From NCBI RefSeq assembly GCF_000485595.1, contig NW_014577065.1, positions 1,048,938 through 1,112,937 of the forward strand: DNA of 64,000 nucleotides. The letters run 5' to 3'. The notes under the pieces were generated by a model. The model had not been told where the DNA came from, did no database searches, and saw nothing but the letters and a program-made list of their open reading frames with translations. Source of the stretch: Priapulus caudatus (taxonomy: Eukaryota). The translations under genes and the position numbers were made by a program. Shown piece by piece: positions 29,206 through 41,954 of the stretch; position 1 is the stretch's first letter; the number at the start of each line of letters is the position of its first letter.

Positions 29206-30948
29206 CCGCGCGTATTCTGATGAAATATTTAGAGATTGTGGCGAGGCCTCCTGCCCGATATCACCCGCTTACTTCGTTTATTAGCAATCGCTGGTCCCTT
29301 AGCACGGTGATGCGCGCCCTTTAATATCTACGCTGCAAACATGTACGTACGGATTGACGTCGACGAGTAGACTGACGCCGTACGTCGCTGCTGACAGCAA
29401 ACATCTTTATTATCCATTATTGGCGCAGACACGGGGACGTTCGGTGTCAGTCTGTCCGACTAGCGCGGAAGCTGGTTGCGATTCACGAGAGCAATCACGT
29501 GATGATGATTTTTTTATTAAAAGTTTGTGTTTTTTGTTGTTAAACTTTGCCTACGCAGTGTCGGCAAACAGCCGAGCTCATTAGCATTAATGTGTATAAG
29601 ATATGTAGTAGTAATTAGATATGTGGTCATTGCTTCGTCTTCTGTCCACCAAAACGGGAAAAAAATCGCAACGAACGACAACGGGAAGTGGCGAGCATGC
29701 AGTGTCGAGAACTCACACGTTTGTGTCTGCCCCGCGCGCGTGCTCGTATCGTGTCAATAGCTATTCCGGTTGATTGCTAATTGATATGCAGCGGGTGTAC
29801 AGTTTACTGTCTAATTACAGTAATTACGACTCGTCTCGCACAGGCGGCCATTGTTTGAGGCGGAATATTTGCTATTGTGATAATTACTACAACATATCCG
29901 ACAGAAATTAGAGTAACACTGTGTTATACACGCGCGTCTTCTTTCGCCGTCACCTCGCGCGTTTAGCCGATTCAATAATGGTAATATTTTACCTATGCAC
30001 CATTCGCGGCTTTCCCAAATGTGAGGGGAACTCAAAGGGGTTTTTGCGATTCTATGTAGTTCCCTGTTTGCCCCAATATCCACAGTAAGTTTATATCGTG
30101 CGTCTAGCGAATGTAACAGACCACACGGCATTATTCTCCTAGTCCATGCTCAGGTTTTTGTCGCCTTCGAAAAACACGTTGATTTGCGCTGAACCCCCCC
30201 CCCCCCCTCACACACACACACACACACCACAACACCTCCACCACCACCAACACCACCGCCACCAAAACCGCCCACCCTCCCAACTCTCCTTCCGCCCACC
30301 TTCATTCCCTCTGCCGCGCCTACCCCCGTTTGGGCGACTCACCCCGCGGGCACTGCGTTTATTGTGTGCACTCCCGGTGTAAGATAACGCCGAGCCATTA
30401 CGACTGTGTTCTAATTGAGGGGGAAGGTCTATCGCCTGCGAATGCATGATTGCCTTTGTGAGGGTGTCGTTTATAGGCACTCCACTCGTACCGCCAGCGG
30501 GTGTTCAGGGGGCCCACCCTGCGCTTCGATGACCAGCAGAGCAACAGTCACCCGTAATCGAGGTTTTGTCTTCGCAGCTGCCGCCTGTGTACGGTTACAG
30601 TATTGTTTTACCTGCGCGCAGTGTGCGAGGAGAACACGGTGAAGAACATATACGTGACAGCGATGCTTCTTAACCTGTTCGTCGTTTTACCACGAGTGGG
30701 GAACTGATTGTACTAGCTCAGCACGTGTCGTGAATGCAGTTGAGACGTAACTATACGGAGGGATTACGGGGAGGGAGAGTGTGATGGAGATGGAGAAGAG
30801 GCGGAAAGGGAGAGAGGGGATAGAGAGAGAGAGAGAGGGGGGAAGAGAGGGGGGATAGTGGGTGAGGGAGATAGAGATTAGAGGTAGATCATGCCGCACA
30901 TTCTTAGCAGGCATTACCACAGAGTGTCGTAACTGTTATTTTAAATCG
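24527..30948. repeat. Indel-rich ~1.8-kb inverted duplication (24527-26420 vs 29170-30948)
   Basis: E.g. 24545-24608 GTTAGACACCTCTGTGG...GATCTAGCCTCTAATCTCTAT vs 30871-30932, and 26300-26386 vs 29203-29285, are reverse complements; the left arm starts at a 25-N gap. Confidence 0.85.
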
Positions 30949-33674
30949 GCAAAGGTAGCAGCACTTCCTTCATTCAAAAAATTACTTAATCGTGTCTTTA
31001 TTTTATCACGCTTTATGTGTTTTGTGTATGTCTATTCGAGGTTTAATACCAATAAAAATGGGTTGCATGGTATTTTCATTGATATGTCTCGTTATTGTAC
31101 GTTATTAATACCGCGCGTATGAAATAATTTAAATAAACTCATTGCTACGCCTTCATTGAGTGTCTGTATTTTTCCAGGTTTCCGAAAAGTCGTGCGTCGC
31201 TATGACAATGCCAAAGCTGCGGAGATGAAATCTGAGCGGGCAGGTGGCCAAGCCTTGTCAAGCTGCGTGCGGTACGCCAGGCAGCACAGCGCCTTCACGG
31301 ACGGGCCGACTCAGCCGAGAGATGCCAATGGTGGCCCAAGCCCTCCCCATAGTACACTTTAGCCTCAGGGAACTCAAATCTTTCCATCGCGCGGACTGAA
31401 CCTCCAATCGGCTGTCGACACATTCTCCCGTGACGACGCTAACCATTTCCGCAAGCGACCTCAACCTGACCCCACGACGAGGCCGTACATTCGTCGTGAC
31501 CGTGTATTTATTCTCTGCAGCGGACAGGAGCGTGCGGCATTAATGCCCCCCCCCCCACACATCAACCCCCACCAGCGATCCATGCCACGAACCCTCGGGT
31601 CGTTCTTCCTCTACCGCTACCCGGCACCTCCTCTCGGCCGCACATCACTTCCCAGCAGTTGCTTCCGACATTGACCTCCCCCATTACCTCACCGTCGTGA
31701 GGACCCCCAACCGTCGCGGTCATCCCACAATGCGACCGCGCCAGCAGCAGGGAACGGTGGCGTGGGGAGGTTTTTTTACGCTATTGTCGCGACGTTGGCG
31801 CGCATTCTCTGAGCCGTGCCCAGGGCGAGTACGGCATAATCACTGACTGCCAAATGGACCTCTTGCGGCCCTTTTTTTCGCGGCTGTTAGCCATCGCTCC
31901 CCACCTGGTGCGAGACGCGTTGGTCAAGCCAGTGACACCATTCTCCGTAGTCGTACCTAATGAGCGTGCAGGGCGTAACGGCCGCTACGGGGACGCGCGT
32001 GATCGCCCAAACACACGCTGTTCGCACTTCCGACGATGAAAGCGAGCAGAAAGTCGCTGCTGCTCGACACTTGGCTCGACGTTTTGAAATCAGCATCCTG
32101 CGATATAGATGATGTGCCATTTCGATGTGGGCGAATGAACTTCTTTAGACTGACCACAAGCTATCCGGAGGCGTGTTTCGTTTCTCCTGTTGCGACCAAC
32201 AAAGATCGGCGGAGTCAGTCTAGCACTGACTTATGAATCAGTTGATATCGGTGAATAAAAACTTTGTTTTACGTACGCTCTTAAAATGTGTAAATAAAAT
32301 CGATGTCTGTAAATAAAAAAAACGTGTGATCTTCTTTAATGGTTGAAAATATGTAATTGTTATCTCTGAACAAATCATCTTGAATTATTACTGAATATAT
32401 GTGAACTATAGTCGTAGGAGGATAAGGCGGGTTCTTCATACTCAAATGTCGGAGCCACTTAAGCAAGTGATCGTGAGGTTTTTCTCATCAAGAGCATCAC
32501 GAGAATTTCCCTGTCCCTATTTTTACGATCAAAGCCCTACACTGCGTACATACGTGATGATGAAAGGACGGGTAAATTGAAACCCGCCGCGCAAAATTTC
32601 TAGAGTTACTTCAACGATTTCGTTTTTCGAGTGCGAGCGACGGCTTAATAATGCATTCACGGGCCGCCGGTGCGCCAATCTGGTGACGCGCTGACGAGGT
32701 TTGCATAAATGTTTGAAACCGCCCGGCCAATATATGCCTCCAGCACCGCTGCCGGCGGCGTGCCACCCACCCCACCCACCCACTCACCATGCCTATGCGC
32801 GTACCCGCGGAACTTTCCGTCGAAATTCCGCGCCGCTCTTGAACAGTGGGCGCTGTTTACCGTCTAAGATGCGTGCTTTGATGCGCGAGCGTTTTCACAA
32901 CGTCTGGGAAATCGTTGCCGAAGCTTAGATGACCGACGGGTACCGGGGTAGAAATTACACCGCCAGCGGCATGAATGGTCCGTTGTGCGAGACGCTAAGA
33001 CGTTGGGGGTGGGGGTGGGGGGTGCGTTCGAAGAATACCAGTTCTTTCCCTTTGATAGCAGATAAGCCCGAAAATAGCGAAATGCATAAAATGTGTATTG
33101 TTACCGCATTTTTATTGCATTGCGCGAAGAATGCTGGCGTAACTAAACGCACCCCCTTCCCGCGATTGCGCTTTACACCCTCCTTTTGCATCTCGCATCC
33201 TCCGCGCGCGCTGAGTCTCGCATCTCCCTATTAATCACCAATAAATTCCAACGAACTTTCACGCGTACGCATTCATCTACCTCTCAAACGTCTTGCCTAC
33301 TTGCCACCCCGTAAACAGACTCATATCCAGATGCACACGCTTCCAGGCTTCCTCGCAAATTCATCTCCTCGCACCTCATATCTTACCCTATCGCATCACC
33401 CCCTTCAATATCCTTCGCCTCCGAAACATATAGGCGCGCACAGACACGCGCACGCACGCACGCGCGCACATACTCTCCACCTTATCATAGCCATCGCAAT
33501 CGCCTGTAACGTGAGGCCTTCCTTTCTCACTATATTAACTGTATTGACAGAGTCTAGCGCTACGGCGATGGGGTAGGGGTGTTTGGAGATGGGTGGCTAG
33601 GATGATTACAGGACAAGTTCTTAACTACGTAACCCGTAACTACGCTAGTCTTCTTAGCCTCCCACTGAACGTTC

Positions 33675-33775
33675 GCATTTCAGCACTCTACAATTGCAAT
33701 GCATTGTGCAACTTCACTCTTCTATTTTTATTCCATTATTTGACGATAAATAAATAAATAAATAAATAAATAAAT
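33675..33775 (+). mobile_element. Short LINE/SINE 3'-end fragment with (TAAA)n tail; second copy at 29071-29167
   Basis: GCATTTCAGCA(C/T)TCTACAATTGCAATGCATTGTGCAAC...TTTGACGATAAATAAATAAA present twice with 3 substitutions and unrelated flanks. Confidence 0.65.
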
Positions 33776-35012
33776 ATATATATTATTCGTACAGGGGTTA
33801 CCACTCCGCGTAATGTCGACATGGTTGCATGGCGCGGTTGGCAGCCACCGTAGCCGTGATGTGGAAGAAACATGCAGATTTTATTTCAAATATTCACTCA
33901 TATGATAACAGTAGCTTGAAAATACGTAGACGCGAAGTTGCAGCCTTCACCCTCCCGTCCGAATAACTACAAACATGTACTTCGATGGCGATCTTCACAT
34001 TGCCATTTATCATCACTCACCACACGACCTCCCTCCTGCCTCCTCCCTCCACCCGCGGGAGCACGGCCCCGTGCACGAGTCCACGATACATCCCCCAACT
34101 CGCAGCTACCAGATTGGCGGGGACTTGTTGTTTGGCCTCTCTAAACTTTTGTGTCACAGAGCGCGACCCGTAGACAAAACCCTCGGGAAATAAGGAGGCG
34201 GTTTGAAGGCTTTTGGGCAAATAAAGCCTGGCAGATTTTTTGTTGTCGCCGGTAACTGGATCCGCTGCCGCAGGTTACAATTACTCAATCTTGCGGCGGG
34301 AACTTTACTCGTACAAAGCGGCGTATTAATGGCAGGATCAGTGCCGGTTAATGGACCAATGTACCTCGATGTTCGTACGCCATTAGACCGGCCGACAATA
34401 CACGCAAATGGCGAACTACGCCGCGCAGAGGTCGCGGCGATAGGTCAACGCCGTTATCACGGCCAATTTGTTCGCCGCATCGTCGCAGACGAGAGAGGAA
34501 GAAGAAGAGCGCCGCGAAAACCAACCCCGCGCGAGCAGGGGAGCCGGCGCCATCAGCAACCGTTGGCGAATAGCGACGCGAAGACGTCGTAGCTGCGCGC
34601 CGATTGCGTGGGAGGGGTGAGGAATATAGAAGGAATATAGGAACTAGAAGATAGAATATAGAATATAGAAATAATATAGAATATAGAATATAGAAATTAG
34701 AAGAAATATATAGTTTTCAAAAATACATGATAGAATTTGTTCCTTTTGGTGGTACTAAATATTCGATGTCTCTCCTGGTTCTGGCCCATGGACTATAAAG
34801 GGAGAGGAAGACGGGTGCGCACATCGGTAAAAATCGCCGCGCGTGTTATTTCGTTTTCTGCTGCGATTTTTCTTCGCGGCGATCGTCTGCTGTGGAGCAT
34901 CGCGGGGATCCCATGGTTCTAACTACGCCAACTGCAGCTAGGGCTGGACTCAGGGGAGCCGCGCTGCACGTCGCAGTCCGCGATAATTTACAGCTAGCTA
35001 TATCCCGCTCAC

Positions 35013-35060
<48 letters not shown>

Positions 35061-35264
35061 ATCGAGAGAAGTAGAGAGAGGCAGAGAAGAGGGAGTGAGA
35101 GTTAAAGAATGAGTGAGTAAGTGAATGTGAGTGAGTGAGTGAGTGAATGAGTGTGTGTGTGTGTGAATGTGTGCGTGAGTGAGTGACCGAGTGGGCGGGC
35201 GAGTGAGTAAGAGAGTGAGTGGGCAAGTGGGTGAGTAGGCAAGAGAATGAGTAAGTGAGCGACG

Positions 35265-35325
<61 letters not shown>

Positions 35326-36059
35326 GGCAGCGAACTTACCGCTGGCTGCCTACCGCTGGCTGCCCGTGCACTTATTTTGTTACTGAATGGATGCTACGAG
35401 CTTCCACGGAACGCTAGCTAGTTTTTTCGCTCATGCTCGTATGTAACGCGCTACGTTACCCGGCCAGCGTGTATGCAAATACATCGGGCGCTAGTTACGC
35501 AATACGATGGGTTTACGTGCTTTCTAAAGTCCACTTTAACTCCGTTGCGACGAGTTTTTCTCACTGTATCGTAGCGTATTTCTCGAAACGCATTTTATTT
35601 GTAGCATGTGGCAAACTTGGGGCCGTCCAGGAAACACTCGGGAGTCACGGCCGCGACATGAACGTGTTTAATGAGGTCAACTAATGTTCCGCGATCCACC
35701 GGTTTCACTGTCACCCGTCAGCAGAACCACCGCCACGAACTTGGACACCGCGTCACAACATAAGGCCCGAGGGGATCTGAGATCTGAAATAAGAACAACA
35801 TGCTTTACGATCACAAAAAAGCGACGACATCGTCGATATTCGATATGGTCATCGTTGTCGCTGCCTATAAACACTAGGCGCGTGAACGCGTTTCACAGCA
35901 GATGCGGCTCGGTTACTAATTCGATATGGCTACCCGCCGGTCAGGAGTGGCTGTGAGTGCTATTTAATAACGGCTTCTAAATTGCTATTCATCGATTCAA
36001 TTCGCACGCGAGTTGCGTAACACTTGTTGCTCGTACCGTCACCGCTCTACCGCGGCGCG

Positions 36060-36790
<731 letters not shown>

Positions 36791-37175
36791 TCTGAAGACA
36801 ATGACGCCGTCACCGCTCCAACGGCGAAGGCGGCTGCTGCGTAGACGCTAGTTCAGACTAACCGGTCGGCCATAGCGAGTGGAGCGTAGCTATACGTATA
36901 GATACGTGTAATGTGTTAGGGTTAGAGCTAAGGTGAGGGTCAATGTCAGAGTTGGATAATCAAAACCCTAGCAATGAAACGACAACCGTACAACTACAAT
37001 ATACGTACGTTAGGTTATAGTTTGAAACTTCGACGTAGTATACGTGCGTAACAGTAAGGGGTAGGAGTCGGACTACTCGAGATGCTAGGTAATCATAGTT
37101 CTATCACGGAATCTGATCTTAATATCTGCCATTATATATTTATAATATATAATATATAATTATAATATCTATAAT

Positions 37176-38617
37176 GATCTGCCATCAAGTTTATTTGCAG
37201 AAGCATTGATATCAATCACTTTGCCATCAAACTTAAGTAGATAAGTACATAAGTAACACAAATCCATCTGTGTCCTCACAGGTGATCTGGATATTCCACT
37301 TGCTTTGCTGGCTAATCATATGCAGCATGCAACTCACAAAGGTCACATCAGCTTCTTCATTGTCAAGCAGGCACTGGTTTTCTCCTATCGTGAATGGGGA
37401 GGAGCAGCTCATCCGTGGGCATATAATTTCAATTAATTTCTTCTTATTGTGCTCGCTTCTCATCACAATTTCTCGTTGTGGCAGTACCGTGTTTGGTGTC
37501 AGTTTGAGTTTAGTTGCTGCGGCATTCGCATAGCGCCTGTCCCGTTTATGAGACTTAACGGAGCCATCATGATAGTGGGCAAATATCATGTACACATCGT
37601 GATCCCTAATTAGCGCTTTCTGGCAAGACTCTGTTCAACTGTTGAAAACTTTTGCCACAAGATGTGATACATCATAGCATTTCAATCTACTAGATCTACA
37701 TCTGGTTAGGTCGACAATTAATTTTATATATTATACAAACTATATGAACACATAATTATCCGAACAATTGTTGGAAATGAATTTGTCTCTTCTGACTTAC
37801 ATCAAGCATGCGGGCATAAACGTTCTCCATGTCGTACATTTTTTATCACCCACCTTCACACTTTTCTAGGTTGTTTCCATTGTGAATATTCTTTTCTTCA
37901 AAAGCTTGTAAAAGCCAGCTGGTGGTTTAGCTCTAAACTTAGAAACCATCGTCTCCCCAATAGCAACAGCATATAGTGCACATTCACTTTTTTGGAGGCT
38001 ACACATTGACGATATTTACTACTCTATTAGTTTCGCACTTCAGTGGATGTGATGCTCATGTAGATCGTCTCTTATCTTTTGCCTGTCACTGGCATCAAGC
38101 TTCTGTCGTGCTTTGCCTTCTTACTTGTATTTGTTACCTGTGTTTACATTTACATCTACATAGAAAAGGGTGTCCATACACAAAGAAACGAGGTTGCAGA
38201 TGTGATAGGACAGTATCCAGCCAGCTACTTGGTCAGTTGATAGCGTCAAACCTACAAGACCACCCTTGGCTTTTCTATATCTAATATACGTCTGTTATCC
38301 AAACTGATCGATGAAGACTGAATTCCAGACATCATGCTTGTGTCGACAAACATGCCCTCCTCGAAGAAACATTGTCTTTGCAATCATATAGAAGTGTGAA
38401 CTCTATTTCTATCAGGTACCAGGCATATCAGGCATAATTCCAGTGTGCAGCGGCAAAGAAGTAACAAAGCATTTGTTTAACACAATAACAGTGTAAGTGT
38501 CAATATCCTTCTCTCTCTGCACGTACGAACACGTGAGCAATCAATACTGGCTTGATGAGGCAATCAACCTATAGACGACCGGTTGGCGTACTCCTGTCTT
38601 TCTCCAAGCTCGTACAT
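37176..38617 (-). pseudogene. Academ transposase C-terminal part plus XPG/FEN1-like (PIN-fold) nuclease fragment
   Basis: Minus strand with stops and frameshifts: TPTGRL*VDCLIKPVLIAHVFVRAEREG..YFFAAAHWNYA; HVCRHK..WNSVFIDQFG*QTYIRY.KAKGGLVGLTL; PDVDLVD*NAMMYHILW; ORF 37233-37595 with IFAHY...S.K...RR, NKKKLI, NEEADV, EDTDGFVLL; then FDGKVIDINASANKL, truncated there. Confidence 0.8.
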
Positions 38618-39154
38618 TTACAGGGAATCCGCAATGACATCTCTATCAAGAATGAAATCGTATAGAATGGATGTCATTACTGTTGTACTGCGAAAAGTGT
38701 TGATGACTTCGGGTTTTCGTTGATAGCAGCGTAGAAGGTAGCAGCGTCGTTTCGTCAGCAAATAGTAGAGAAATTAGCAGCAGCATCGTAGATAGCAGAT
38801 TAGTTGTTTCACTTGGTCTTCATTACTTACTCAACACATACAAAATATATACAATACCACAGCCTAGGCAACCATGCCTATAGACTCCGGCGCCTCGTCT
38901 CGATCTCTCTCCGACTGACTACATAGTCACAGTCTTTCTCTAAAATCTTCTATCTTGTCTGTTTTTGCTTGTCAATTGCTGCTTATATATATCGGCTTGA
39001 AACCGGATCTAGCAGAAACTATTCTGTCAAAACCAGACCTTGGCTAAAGCAACAAGCGACGCCCGTTCGCAGGTGCGTCCTATCCCTAGCGCAAGGCGGA
39101 TGCGGGAGGACGCGCTCGTCCATTGTCGTTTGCGCGCCGCGTCAATCACTCCTA
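38618..39154. mobile_element. Unclassified 537-bp insertion (solo-LTR-like) inside the Academ coding region
   Basis: Flanked by direct repeat TACAT (38613-38617 / 39155-39159); Academ-like translation stops and resumes at these points; no TIR or ORF; TATATATAAG on the minus strand near 38982-38991. Confidence 0.6.
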
Positions 39155-39546
39155 TACATGTAGATGCTTTAGGTGTGACGTGCCTAGCGTCACGTCCCGT
39201 TACCACCGTTTGCTGGATACATTAATACCATACGTAACCCCTCGTGGTTTAAGGGCATGCTTTTCCGTTCAACTTATTGTTCACAGGGAGAGCAGACTTG
39301 AGGAGGTCTTCCAACCCAGACCCTTTCATGAGCATACCAATGCAACTGATAAAAGACATCAGCCAGTGCATACCTCCTGGGCGCACTACCAAGTATCTGA
39401 TCTGCATGACGACTTTGTAATGCTGCAGGTCGGCAACCAAATGAGTAAATGCGCTTCCATGTTGTTCGATGAATCGAATGTGTTCAACATCGTTGTTAAG
39501 GCAGTGTCTGGGTGAGCAGGTGGTGCATCTATCAGTGGCCCATTTA
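39155..39546 (-). pseudogene. Academ transposase fragment
   Basis: Frameshifted minus-strand translation GPLIDAPPAHPDTALTTM / FTHLVADLQHYKVVMQI..LVVRPGGMHWLMSFISCIGMLMKGSGLEDLLKSA...LNGKA / GLRMV, matching the PLID.P...T / D..LY / R.GG.H..MSF...IG.LM.GSGLE blocks of this family. Confidence 0.8.
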
Positions 39547-39591
39547 AAAGTTTCACATAGAGACAGTTTGATATTTTTCATATATATATAT

Positions 39592-40039
39592 TGGTTCATT
39601 CTGTGTCCTTTTCTTCCCAGAAATAACTATAGAGGGCGTATCAATCAGAAGTGCTTGTAGACATGGAAGCCTAGCATGGTATATCTGTTTGGAATTAACG
39701 CTCTGGGAACAAGCGATTAATTTACTGTTTGTCTGGAAAGAATCTGTTTGTTCTTGACCATGGTCTAGAGTATCTGTCACTGTTATTTGGTGATGTAAAG
39801 GTCAAAGGTGCAAGTAGTTGTATGTCCGGGCAAAGCAGTAAGTTTGAATTTAACTGTACGATGTCATTTGTATGCTAGCTGTGAATTTAAATTGTAATTA
39901 TTCGAATCATTGTACTATTTAGCGTCAGCAAAGAACTGAAAATCATTATTGTTATTTTTCAGAATTGAATGGTAGTTTATAAATAAACCACGATACATTA
40001 ACCTGGATGTACATCTGTTGTCTAATCCCTCCCGCACCA
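39592..40039 (+). repeat. 5' LTR of BEL/Pao element (448 bp)
   Basis: Direct repeat of 44328-44803; begins TGGTTCATT, ends CCCGCACCA; AATAAA near 39982. Confidence 0.93.
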
Positions 40040-41954
40040 CGATTCAATTTGCTGGTTGTAGTAGACTACCCACAACTTCACACCGGGGAAACTCAGGAGA
40101 TAGAAGGATATGTTGTAAGAAAGTCTCCTCTGGGTTGGATAGCATTTGGCTCACAAAGCAGTGAACTGGAACACAGTAAAGTAATGTATATCAATGTGTC
40201 CAAGTCCGTGGATCTGACACAATTCTGGGCAACAGAGGAAATGGGCGTGAAACTACCAGATTGTAAATGTGAAGAAACTGAGCAGCTACGATTGCCACCT
40301 GCAGAAAAGAAACAGTATGAAGAAATGTGGCAGTCTTGTAAGAAGAGCAATGACAGATGGACAATGCCGTACCCTTGGCAAAGGGATCCCAAAGACCTAC
40401 CAAACAATATGAATCAGTGTGTAGCAAAACTTGCCTCTCTGGAAAAGAGGTTGAAGCAGAAACCTGAAGATACAGAGCTGTACAACCAGCAGATTGTAGA
40501 AATGACTGAAAGGAGCATTGCTCAAAAATCGACAATGGCAGAGAACAAAGAGTACAGACATGTGCACTACATTGCTCATCACTCTATCCTGAGACCAGAC
40601 AAAAGGAGCACTCCCACCAGAATTGTGTTTAACACCTCAGCCTCCTTTAAGGGCCACTCACTGAATGACTACTGGGACAAAGGCCCTGACCTACTGAATA
40701 AACTCTTTGGGGTTCTTTTGAGATTCCGACAGTGCCCAGTGGCTATTGCTGGAGACATCAGCAAAATTTACCATCAAGTGCTGATTCCGGAGAAAGACCA
40801 GCAGGTGCATAGATTTCTATGGAGAAATTGTGAAAACAGAGAACCAGATGTCTATATGATGAAAGTGGTTACATTTGTGATAAGCCTGCCCTTTCTATGT
40901 CATTGACGGCACTGAGGAAAACTGCTTCTGAAGGAGCAAAGGATCATCCCGAAGCTTCTGGAAAACTCTGAATAATGATACATATATGGATGATATATGT
41001 ACATCGGTTGAGTCCATTGAGAACGCCAGGCAATTGACAAGCGATATTGATATGGTTTTGAAGATCAGAGGATTTAAAGTGAAGGAGTGGGTATATACTG
41101 AGAGTATTACAAACGAGAGCGTCATAAAGGATGAAGGCAGAAAACCTAATGAAATGGCAATCATAAAAGAAGCCGAGGAACAGAAGGTTCTGGGCGTTGT
41201 GTGGGACCCGGCATCAGATGAAATGAAGTACAAGGTGAAGCCGGTTCACGTAAAAGATAAACAGATATTGACGAAACGAATGGTTCTAAGTGAATTGGCC
41301 AGGGTCTATGACCCGATTGGGTTCACCGCTGCATTTCTCATTCGAGGAAAGATCTTGATGCAAAAACTATGGCAGAGGGGTATTGACTGGGATGATGACC
41401 TACAGGCATCTGAGAAATCCGAATGGAGAAAGTTCTTCCTGGAGTTGGAGCATTTAGAGGGGGTGTCATTCCCAAGATGCCTCATGCGAAAACCAGTGCC
41501 TGTTGAGCTTGTAATTTTCTGCGATGCTTCAGAGGATGCCTTTCGTGCTGTCGCATATACCAGATGGGAAGAGAGTGAAGGAATCTTTGGTGTAAGGTTC
41601 CTATCTGCCAAGTCCCGTGTAGCTCCACTGAAATGTTTATCCATACCACGGTTAGAGTTGCAGGCGGCTGTCATTGCATCTCGGCTTTGCGGCACCATAA
41701 GGAAGGAGATGTCAGTAGACTTTGAAAGTGTTGTATTTCTATCAGATAGTATCATTGCATTGTCTTGGATCCGGGGCCAGTCCCGACAGTATAAGACATT
41801 TGTAGCCAATAGAGTCTCGGAAATTCAGAGCAGTACAGACCCTTCAGAGTAGAGACATATACCGGGAGAATGCAACATTGCCGACAAAATTTCAAGAGGT
41901 GTAGCTGTGGAAGATTTAAACGGCATCTGGGGGACTGGGCCGCCATTCTTAAAG
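40040..41954 (+). pseudogene. Pao pol fragment: protease C-terminal remnant, reverse transcriptase, RNase H
   Basis: Motifs SPLGW, RIVFN, SLND...GPDLLN, AGDISKIYHQV, FLWR; frameshift at VVTF/GDKP (~40877); YMDD (~40983); KVLGVVW, YDPIG, IFCDASEDA, SIPRLELQAA, FVANRV; premature TAG at 41850 where W is expected (W-RHIPG..NIAD..SRG). Confidence 0.92.
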
